DNA of 64,000 nt from Ascidiella aspersa (Eukaryota): contig OZ004607.1 in the NCBI GenBank assembly GCA_963924565.1, positions 27,094,001 to 27,158,000 of the forward strand, in the 5' to 3' direction. Shown one piece after another: positions 54,143 through 64,000 of this stretch (position 1 is its first letter; the number at the start of each line of letters is the position of its first letter). The translations under genes and the position numbers were made by a program. The notes below the pieces were generated by a model, which was given only the letters and a program-made list of their open reading frames with translations, had not been told where the DNA came from and made no database searches.

Positions 54143-57100
54143 CTGCGAGGTTAGAAGGTTGAGGGGGTTAGTCAATTGTGTCGCATAGAGCCGCTAGTCG
54201 CACACTTAGGGTGCTCCTATACCAATTTTGTAATGACTTTAGTCAGTGACTTGACTTAAGTCACTATTTTCAAATAACTTGACTTGAAGTCCCATGGATC
54301 CAATTTTAATTATCACGAGAAAAATATTTGACCACCACCCATCACATATTTTACCACCCAGGTTGGAAGGTTGAGGCTGTTAGTCAATTGTGCCGCAAAG
54401 AGTAACTAGTCCAGTTGTTCTTAAACTTTTATTACCGCGGACCTCTACACATTTTTTTGCTTTGCATGGACCGGGGTAGGCAAGAAATTTTATAGCTTAC
54501 TTCCTAAATCGACGTCACGTTACAAATAGACGTCAGAACTCTGCTGTTTCCAGTCCAAAAAATGTGAAAGTGAAACAGAGGAGAAAAACATTCAGTGCAA
54601 AAACGTTTAATTTTTAAAATAAACTATTTACTTTGAATTGACTACTTTCCAAATATACACTAGTATTTCAACTAAGCCTTCATAAATTACCACCAACTAG
54701 TTTATGAAACCCCAATGGAACCCCTGTACTAGTCGCACACTTAGGGTTCTATACCTTGTATTTTATCCCGATAGCGATGTACCCGAGGCTGTGGGTCAAA
54801 TGTACAGAGGTTTGAGTGCTATAGGTAATCGGTAAATTTTAAAAATTGTACAAGTACAAAGGCTACCTTTTCCAGGCTACGAAAAAAAAGTTTGACATTA
54901 GGGAGCTTAAATGTTAATTTACAATTTTCTAATAGTTCATCTTTCGAGGTGGAACACGCCGCTTTTGATCGCATACCACGTAATAAATATTAAAAATGTT
55001 TTTATGGGACCAGCACCTATAGAATCCTGCTGTCAGTATGACGATTACCGCCTCTACAACTTGGCATTGGCTACAGCTTTGATACGATAATAGCTGCTGT
55101 CGCTAGTTAGATCAAGTTTGCTTCTAATTGGTCAGGATATTCTAACAGAAGAAACGATGATGGCGAAAAGCACTCAGTCGCCGATCAATTCTTTACAAGT
55201 AATATGTTCGTGTTTAACGTTAAAACATGTTTTACGTTACAATTTAACTGTGATAAAATACCGCCAGTTTTAGCATACCATTGGGAAGTGAGGTGGATGG
55301 GTTTGTTTGCACCCAAGGGCCAAGGCGTATATAATTCAGTATTAATTTCGGTACAAAACGTAACAGCAAAAGGCGCATGCAATTGTAGCCAAGACGTATA
55401 TAAATTCATTATTAGTTTCGGCACAAAACATAACAACAAACATAAAAATACTCACCATTAGCTGGTTGTACTTGAGTAGGTCGCTGACGTCAGAACCGAA
55501 CTCTGACGCGATCCTGCGCATCATGTGACGTGCCTCACGTGACTTCTCGGTGGCAGCGAGGCCAGGAGTGGTGGACGACTCGATTCCCCTTCTGCTGCCC
55601 GGCTTTATCGCGTTGTCGGCCTGCCGGTACATCAAGCGCCGCTGGATCAGCTTGGACTTGTCGGTCAGCTTGTAGTAGCCTGGAAATCGAAAGGTTACTT
55701 TAATAGTATGTTTGTTTATTACACTGTTAGCCGGGCTGTGAAGCTAGCCTCTCTGAAAACGTCCTATACAGCTTTTCGCTTAGGGTTGATAAATAACATG
55801 CACAATAAAAGGTACAGTGAGTGAGCGACAAAACTTATTAGAAAGAGGTAATAGGTGGAAATTTGATTACCAGCGGGCGATTTCTAGGTCTTAATTTGCT
55901 AAATTGGCCATTTGTAAAAAAGCCTTTATTGACAACCCTTCTCTGTTTAAGCACAAAAATCAACATTCGATTGAAAGCCAATGTTCAAAGTAAAAGCTTA
56001 GATTCAAACAAAACCCTAATGCTCCGCTTTATGCTGGTTTGTGTAACGAACTATTGTTAATGCAACTGCCATGGTCATTTCGCGGCACAACTATCTATGA
56101 ATATAATGGCTTAAGCTATTTATTTGCCAGAAAAACAGTTGTAGAAATGAATGTGGCAATATAGTTTAAACGTTAATTGTAAGTTGTAATCCAAAACGTG
56201 TTGTGCGATCCCCCTTGTAGGGATTTTCTGGTTAAGGCAGCCGAGGAGGCCATTAAGAATTTCCCATATTTTGTCATAACAGACTCTCGGTCAGTCGCTT
56301 AACGTCCAAAGATGCCGAAAACCTAAGTGTCACAAACAGCCTTCGCACCTTCCGATCTGGAGCAGCCGGTCTTGTGTTGCTTGGAAACAGCAGCATCCGA
56401 CTTCTTCTTCCTCCTGTTCCTCGCCTTCTTCTCCCAGAACCAAGTGGGTTCGTCGGGGTCGGTGTCGGGGACCTGGGTGACGGGGTGGGGAACCCAGTGG
56501 GTCTCGTTCACCCACTGCGGGGCGCTCGTCTGGGTCAGCATGTCCTCGTACTCGGCACGCAGCAGCTTGAAATAGTATATAGGTACGTTACATTTTTAGT
56601 ACTTGTACAAAGTTTTACAGCTATTCCGAAAGACCTACTTTAAGTTTCCACAAGAATTTTACTAAATAAGCAGTTATTTATTGAACAATTCAACGCTGGT
56701 AAAACGTGGTACTTTTTTTTAGTTGCCATTATAAGTCTAAACAGACGTGTTTTGATTCTTCTGATATCACCGAAAAAGGTTATCACGAAATAGAGCGGGT
56801 GGAAACACGAGTTGTTAAAAATCGCGAAGTACGCAGATCGTAACAACACACGATATGACTACAACTATTTAAGCGCGCTTAGAGATAATTGCGTTAATTG
56901 TTAAAATTTCGGCAACTACGACAGTACAACGTAATTTGTCCTCGATAAAAATACCAGTCTACAGGTTCGTTTCACCAGCAAACTCATTTGGCGAAAAACT
57001 GCCAAAAAGTCGGCGCCGCGTTGCTCACAATTCTATTTCACGCCATTTCGTTCATACACACACACTAACATGCGAGCCATATGAGAAAAAAAAATCGTCC

Positions 57101-60100
57101 ACCCACCTTCATGTCCTCGAGGTCGAGTCCGGTGGCCCACATGAGGTAGAGGATCGACATCTCCTGGTGGTCGCTGCGACGACGGAAGCGAACCGCAGAA
57201 GCTTTGCGCTCTTCCGACCGCGCCGTTGGTTCGAGGCGTGCGCGCGACTTGGAGCGAGGTTTCTTGGTGTCCTTCGATTCGCGCCGCAGCTTGACGCGTT
57301 CCGCAGCGGACGCCTTTGTAGGAACGAAGAAAGAGGAAGTTTTATTATGTGATTTGGTAATTGGTTTTTATCAACGAGAAATTGTGCAAAGCAGCTTGTA
57401 ATCTGGATGAGATGACGTGCGTATTTGACGACAGATTTTGTACAATAAGAAAGCAATTTAAAAAAGTTTACCGAAGACTGTGTTAGGCGTACGAGCTAGA
57501 AAACAGGATAAGTCGTAAGTTAGCCTAGAAGTCGTAAAAGCTTATTCAAATATTTTGTTATTATACTTTTAACTAAATTTTGTTTGTGGTAGAAGTGCAT
57601 TCCAAATCAAATATAGGTGACACGTTATTTTAGAGTTTGTAAACTAAATGCCAAAAAAAGAAACACCAAAGTATCGCAACGAAGTTCAAAAACTGCCCAA
57701 AATTTAATTTTATGTGTTATCTATAACTAAAAATTAAACGATAGTTTTGCTATACAGGGTTCTGTTTAAATTTTTCGTTCCCTAAAACTCCTATCACAAA
57801 AAGGTGCAGTGTACTGACAAAATGAAGCCCAAAAAGAGCTTAGGACTGGTCGCCATACAGAAATTCCTGAAACTTAAAGGTAGCTTGGTGGTACATAACA
57901 AGAATAATTTTTAAGCATAAGGTAACTTTTCCAGGTGATTGCGCTAAAAGTAGCTTTGGTGTCAGAAATAATTTAGTTCCCTCAAGTATTTAACCTATTT
58001 TTTTTTATTAAATTCACGTTTCAAGATAAAAATTTCTGCGTTTAATCACAAATCATTGCTGAAATTCCGATAACAATTCGGTATCGAAGCGGCACTGATA
58101 TCGGACGAACACTGACACTTCCACTTAGCATTGGGTATCCGCTCCGCTCCGATATTATGGGGCATCGCTACTACCAACGAAAATGTTCGACTTAAAAACC
58201 ATGTCCTTAAACAAGTTTTCGCCAATCTGGTCCATTGTTATTGCTTTTATACTTACGGAGGAAATGTCGGCATTTGAGAAGTCCGACCAAGGTGTGACGT
58301 CGGTGTCAAACATCGAAGTCAAATGTGGATCTTTAGAAAAAAAAATCTTTTAAAACAGCCACTAAGAACAGTTTAGTTTTTGTTTGTGTTTTAAAGAAAC
58401 GAACATATCAGGCGATATGTTATATAATTAAAAAAAAAAGATTATAAACAAATAATACTAGAATCAATAAAATTGGTAGAAATGAGTCTTACCTGGTGGC
58501 ACCTGCGCTATCAGCGAAGAAGGTGGATAGCTGAAAATAAACAAAAGTTTTAGCTTCAAAGCACGCTTAAAATAAAAAAACGTGCAAGTTAAAAATGTTT
58601 AATAATGAAAGTAACATAAAACAAAACACATTTTTTAAGGTCAGTATTTTTTTAGAAGAAAACAAATAAAAGAAAAAAAATGTTTGTTTGGTGGCAATAT
58701 AACAGAACCTTATGTCACTGTTCATAAAGCGACGTATAGATTTTTTTAACTGAAAGAAAGTAAATGTAAAAGAAGTGTAAAGGTGTAGTGGCGTATTCTT
58801 CCCATTGACCAAAAAGCAGGTTGGGAATGCCTGAAGTATATTGTTCTGTATTGTTCGAGCCCAGTCCTCAGGACAACCATTCTCCCAAAGGGAAACGGTG
58901 TCGCTACTTGGAGGTAGGGCTAGAGTTGAACTGCGCATCGGCAGAAGGTTAACATTTTTATCTTTTTGGACAAGTGTTAGTATTAGTATTTATACTGGCC
59001 AAAAAAACCCGGTTTTACCCGGGAAAAAATGCCAGGACACAAATCCCACAGTGATCCGGTTAAAGACCCCCGTCAGGTAAGTAGTTAAGCGACGTATAGA
59101 CTTGTTCTCACCAATACGAATGCTCATCGGCGATACACTCAGCGTCGGACATTTGGACTTGCTTCCGGTCGTCGCTAGGCAACAGCCGGAAGTAGCAGTG
59201 TTCCTCGGCAATGTCCAACACGCGTTGGCGCTCTTGAGCAGTGAAGCGAGGTCGCAGCGGAATGGCAGGCTGAAATAAGAGAGATAAGCGATAACTGACA
59301 AGCAATCAGTCGGGCCCAAGTATAGGACTATACCTACATATAAGATTAGGTAACTTTTAGGTTATATACATAATGAGCAAATGGTTGATACCGGCCAGCA
59401 CTGTTATTTTACTGCTTTAAACTATAAACCAGTGTCTATGAACCTAGGTTCGCCGGTTAGTTTAGTTGGGTCGCTGACTGCGGTAGTTTACACGGTTTAA
59501 TTTATAGAGATCTGTTCTGAGCAAGATTTCTTTAAAATTTAAGAAGAAATCGCTTGTATATAAAATTCGAAATTATTTACGCTGTTTGGTTTAAATTTTG
59601 TTCGCTTGTTTAGAGTTCAGCGAAAAGAATTGGGCACCAAGGCTTCGTTGTTATGTTAATTTTTAACACATAAAGTAGTATACAGCTAGCTGCGGAAAAA
59701 AGTTTAAGAAACAACGGTTTATAAAAAGTTTTATTTATTCGTTGGCAATAAAATGCAATTTAGCTTAACAAATATTGAAAAAAATCAATGAATACCTCTT
59801 GCAAGTGCACGGACTTCACATCGTTCTTCCTCTGCTTCTTGTCCGTCTTGCGCGGCGAAGGCGACAAGGGCGGGAGCGGAGGTTGGGACTGCTTGATGGA
59901 GAGGAGTGCCTCCACCGCTTCCAGCTCTTCGCTACCGGACTTCCGGGAGTCCTCCGCCGATCCGGGAAGCCTCAAGCTTCCGGGAGTGGCGGGAACCGGC
60001 TGGCCGCTGTTGTTGAGAAGCTGGACGGCTTCCGACGCCGAGCTGGCCCGCCGGGGCACTAGGGGCGTGACGGGGGGAGAAAACACCCGGTCGCCACTGG

Positions 60101-63100
60101 CACCAAGATGGCCGCCGGGGGTCGGGGGGTGCGTCGGCTGCTCGCTGGACTCAGAACTTTCCGATAACCTGAGGCGAGAGGGAAAATGAAAGAAGATCTA
60201 GGCATCGTCAAAATCGCCAAAGAAGGAGATCTAGGCCAGTGTTTCTTAAACAGGTGAATGGTTCACCCCAGGTTGAATAAATTTTTTACAGGGGTGAACC
60301 AACCAAAAGGGGTTGATAAGGGTGAACCGTCAAAAATGAATGATGGATCTGCAGTAAATCGACCACTGAACTGTTGATTTTTTGGTGTTTTGGTTTTGCT
60401 AATTGTAATAGTGAAGTTGGTGTTCGCAGTGTATAACTACGAAAATATGGTGACTGTGTTTTATGCTTTTGCAGCTTTACATTTCTGGACTCCAGAAATT
60501 GTAGATTTGCAATGGTAAAACTTAGCTTAGTCTTAACAAAAATCGAGTCATTTTGTTCTGTTATATATAGACGAGTTTCAAGGGTGAATGAAATCTGGAG
60601 ATAGATGCTAGGGGTGAACGAAACTAAAACAGTTTAAGAAGCACTGATCTAGGCTATCGTCAAAGTGTGGCAGTGAGCTTTTACGCGTGCAGTATCTTTT
60701 GATTTGTTAAGGACAATTTATAAAGAAGTCACGGCTAAGGGTCAGCGCACTAAGTAGCCTGCGTTTGAAGCATTTATTCAAGTAGTTATAACTGCCTATC
60801 TTTGAACCCTCGTACCTTGTTTACCGTGCGCAGCCAACCAGCGTGCTAAAGTTAAGTTTTCCATTAAAAGTATACAGAGTACAAATTTAAATTTTGTCAA
60901 AACCTGAAAATTATGCCATGCCTATACCAACAAGTAAAAAAAAGGTTAATCGACTATTCGATGTGCAAATGCATGGTATTTCTCATTCGGCTATCTAAAT
61001 CAACTACGCGTATTAATTATATCTCGTGCGGGTAGATCTCGCAAAAAACGTGATAAAAATATAAAAAAAACGTTGCTATTTATACAGAATCAAGCTATTG
61101 AATAAAGCTGCGGTGTCAAATCCAACAGCTTACAACAGGGCCAATTAAGCCGTACCTCGTAGCTGACGAATGTCTCCTTTCTGGTGTCGACTTCATGTCG
61201 GTGAGCACCTCCAAGGCTGCTTTTTCCTTGTCGCTCATGGCAGAAATTTCGTCGTCCGACCTCAGACGACCAGAGACCTGCGTAAAACGTATGCTTCCAA
61301 ATTAGCTCCGAGAAACTCATGAAATCCAAAATGGTTGACAAAAATAAGATATAACCCCAAGATAATCATGGTTAGTGTAAACTATTTAGTGTAAACCAAA
61401 ACCTCATGACTTGGCTAACCAAAATTTTAAATAAAATTGCAATCACTATACTAAACGTATAAAAACGTTTGGTCAATCGTGTGGGAAAATATTCTTTTTT
61501 ACGTTAACTATCAATTCTGTTCAGATAACTTGTAAAAGTGCAAAACAAACAACACAAGTAGCAAGTTGTAGTAAGAATATCAAAGCCGATACAAATAGTG
61601 ACTATAAAATAAATAAAGATATACGAAACGTTCAAAATGAACTATAGGGTTCGATATTTTTACTACGTATTTACGACGAACCTTTATACTCAAAAACTTA
61701 GCAAGTTGTCTCATTTTAAAGACAAGGGCTTATCGCAATAAAAAATAGTAAATTAAATATCGAGTTGTCGACCCGCGTGACAACTGTATACCGGCGTTCT
61801 ACTGCAAACATACCTCGGCAATTAAAGACAGGTTCCTCGTTTCCTCCTTTGACAAAGCCCTGTATCTCTTCTTTGGGTGGACGTGCTTTAAATTTTGTGG
61901 GGTTAGGTCGGCCCCAACAGGAGCAGACGGGGGTAGCAGCGGTGAGGTTAACTTGGGGGATAGCATGTCTGCCTTTGTAACACTGTCATAACAAAATAAA
62001 TAGCGAATAAAATCGTTGCATTAGGTGCTAAAACATAATAACATAGTTTTTAAAAGATACATTTTTTTGTTGACAACGTATAATGTAATTAACTCACTTT
62101 TCATCACTCTTTGCTTCGCCCAGCAACAAGTTTTTATCCCCTTCCGATTTAATTCTTTTCTTTAGAGGTTGAACCAACTCGTCACTGTCTTTTTCCGATG
62201 GTCGTTTTACGGCACGCGATTGTTCGTCCGGTTTTTCAGACTTCGCCTGATCCTTCGTTGGTACGGCATCCTCCTGTAAAATTGAATGAAAAATCAAAAG
62301 AGGGGCCCCCAAATATTTTTAACGCACTGAAGACGGAATAAGCACTTGACGAAACGTATGCAAATAAAAAAATGAATCTTTTATCATTTATTTGGGACGC
62401 TCTTTTTCTACTGAAGATTATGAACAGATCCGTGTTTAGTGTTTCCAAAAATAAAAACATAAAAAATATCACTATCAAATAGTAATCTCGCATTGCTTAC
62501 CCTATCTGTTTCTTCCAGATCTGAGTCTCGTTGAGCGTCGCTTTCATCATCTTCATCTTCAGATGCTTCCTCATCTTCATCCTCAGAGCTGGAAGAAGCC
62601 GATGAGCTGAACACGTCATCCACATCGAGCGGAACTGAAAATATTTCCATCATTTATACAAGATAACAAGGTATATAAACCTATTAAAATGGCACTAACT
62701 GAGTTGAATCAAACCCAGTATTAGGTCAGTGGTTTTCAACCGGGCTGCCATTTCTTATGTCCAAGTTTGCTGAGAGATATTTGAGAATATTTAAGAATCT
62801 GATTTGTGCTCACTCTTACAATTTTGGATACGATTAGAGTGGAATAAATCCATTTATAACTTCCTACGTTGTGTAGAGTTGGTGTGTTGCTCAAGTTCCG
62901 TTTTTCGTGACATTTAGTGATTTAGGTACGGAAAAATCTTGTAGGGGTGCCTCAATCTATTTATTATTTCTGAGGGGTGCGGCAAGACATAAAAAAGTTT
63001 GAGAACCACTGCACTAGGGCCTTACTGCTTATTTCCTGGTGGTTAACTGTTCACTAATCACTCACCTCTTGATTTCTTGTCTTCTTCATCTTCCGAAGAA

Positions 63101-64000
63101 TCCACTTCACTTTCCTCATCATCCTCTCCTTCACTATCCAGGACTCTTCTCTTGCGTCCCCGCTGCTCAAACTCACCCTTCTTCTTCTTCAGTTTGCTCT
63201 CTGTAAAACGGATACAAGTCAATGTTAGAAAAAAGTTTACCAAATGTACTAGTTACACTATTCAACAGGATGGTTGGACTGTAAACTAATGCATCTAAGA
63301 AACACTTTCTTTCGGTATTACAGAACAGCATCATAGCAATCACATAAACGTCTCCTTAAACAAACCTAACAAAATAGAATATGTACATTTAAATGTTAGC
63401 TGTTGCAGTTAAATACCTTCAATCTTAGCTTTGTTCTTCTGCTCTATTTTCATCTTTTTATTTGCAAATGGAGGCGGAGACGGCGAACGCTTCTTAACAC
63501 GGAATGACGGCATCTTGGAGATTGCTGAACGAAGGCCCAGGCCAATACGGAACCCGTCCATCTCAAGCGAACCTTTAGCCCAGTTTAGTGGATCAAAGGT
63601 GTTAAGCAGTGCTGGGAGTTTGCTGGAAGGCTTCTGCGACGGAGCTGTGGGCTTGGCTAGGTTCTCCTTATCTGCCTCGTCTTTCACTTCGGTCTTGACA
63701 GTTGGCTTTACAACAGCTGCAGCAGCAATTGTAGCCTTAGCCGTCTTTGCTTGACTTTGCGAGTCCCACCAAGATTCGTACACCTTGAATGCCATTGTTT
63801 CGATCACTTTCCGGTCCAGGTCGCGCTTAATTATATCCTTTAGCTCAGCTGAGATTCGGTTTAGCACACAATTGCTGATGAAGTTGTTCTGGTTATCTTC
63901 ATTGTCAATGGAGGATTCTGAGGGTGGCATGAACCCAGCACCTGGCACTCCAGGATGCATGGACTGGCCTGCTTCAACCCATGGCCTGTTCCAGCCAGGG
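52959..64000 (-). CDS. SETD1: SETD1 (Set1/KMT2F-G) histone H3K4 methyltransferase, 3' part; 5' end lies beyond the window
   Basis: Exons: 63417->64000, 63066-63200, 62501-62634, 62098-62273, 61814-61982, 61156-61277, 59796-60168, 59112-59269, 58493-58530, 58257-58330, 57107-57313, 56349-56565, 55456-55679, 53885-54142, 52959-53132; phases consistent. Conserved SETD1 blocks: [20 protein letters not shown]...[20 protein letters not shown], n-SET (EMSILY..W..GLD.ED; [11 protein letters not shown]; WIN motif; SDLLKYNQL), SET ([20 protein letters not shown]...[15 protein letters not shown]) and post-SET ([29 protein letters not shown]). Confidence 0.95.
54226..54290. mobile_element. Remnant of family A MITE (reverse orientation)
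   Basis: TTGTAATGACTT...GACTTGACTTAAGTCACTATTTT..AAATAACTTGACTTG matches the reverse complement of the family A right end. Confidence 0.6.
54412..54726. mobile_element. hAT-type MITE, family C, more diverged copy
   Basis: CAGTTGTTCTTAAAC...GAACCCCTG; TSD AACTAGTC/TACTAGTC; internal similarity to 32025-32364 (GCTTTGCATGGACC, AAAAATGTGAAAGT, CGTTTAATTTTTAA). Confidence 0.88.
58741..59086 (-). mobile_element. Retroposed insertion with U1 snRNA-like 5' head, A-tail and 14-bp target-site duplication
   Basis: Direct repeat AAGCGACGTATAGA at 58727-58740 and 59087-59100. The minus strand begins AAC-TACTTACCTGACGGGGGTCTTTAACCGGATCAC and ends ...CTTTCTTTCAGTTAAAAAAA. Confidence 0.7.
59430..59717. mobile_element. 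Degenerate hAT-type MITE
   Basis: CAGTGTCTATGAAC...GTTTAAGAAACAACGG with GGTTCG-like subterminal motifs; TSD eroded. Confidence 0.5.
60237..60646. mobile_element. hAT-type MITE (GGGTGAA subterminal motifs)
   Basis: TIRs CAGTGTTTCTTAAAC...GTTTAAGAAGCACTG; perfect TSD ATCTAGGC. Confidence 0.92.
62727..63011. mobile_element. hAT-type MITE (GGGGTGC motifs)
   Basis: TIRs CAGTGGTTTTCAA...TTGAGAACCACTG; degenerate TSD TATTAGGT/CACTAGGG. Confidence 0.8.

Noticed and set aside
59000-59086. Functional full-length U1 snRNA gene
   Set aside because: Similarity stops around stem-loop I, stem-loops II/III are not recognisable, and it is flanked by a TSD rather than an snRNA promoter.
61969-61974. Alternative acceptors for the SETD1 exon ending at 61814
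   Set aside because: Only the CAG acceptor giving exon boundary 61982 keeps the frame with both neighbouring exons.
4301-64000. U12-type or non-canonical introns
   Set aside because: All inferred introns are GT-AG and none has the GTATCCT donor.

Overview
Eukaryotic (animal) genomic DNA: AT-rich, intron-dense, with GC/CpG-rich exons. An invertebrate such as a tunicate is plausible but is only an inference. Two spliced genes lie in tandem on the minus strand. (1) A complete LRP4 orthologue: 35 coding exons from ATG 49110 to stop 4301, about 2087 aa, with every junction phase-consistent by hand. It encodes a signal peptide, 9 LDL-A repeats, EGF repeats, four YWTD beta-propellers, an S/T stalk, a TM helix and an NPxY tail. 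(2) The 3' part of a SETD1/Set1 H3K4 methyltransferase: 15 exons in the window, stop 52959, 5' end beyond 64000. Introns carry many non-autonomous hAT (Buster-type) MITEs with 8-bp TSDs, tRNA-derived SINE-like heads and local duplications. The most unusual object is a 346-bp insertion in a SETD1 intron (58741-59086), flanked by a perfect 14-bp direct repeat and ending in an A-tail. Its 5' end looks like the 5' end of U1 snRNA, and it sits in sense orientation 25 nt downstream of a splice donor it could base-pair with. Most ORFs in the supplied track are exon fragments or antisense shadows. All coordinates were read by eye; no searches were run.
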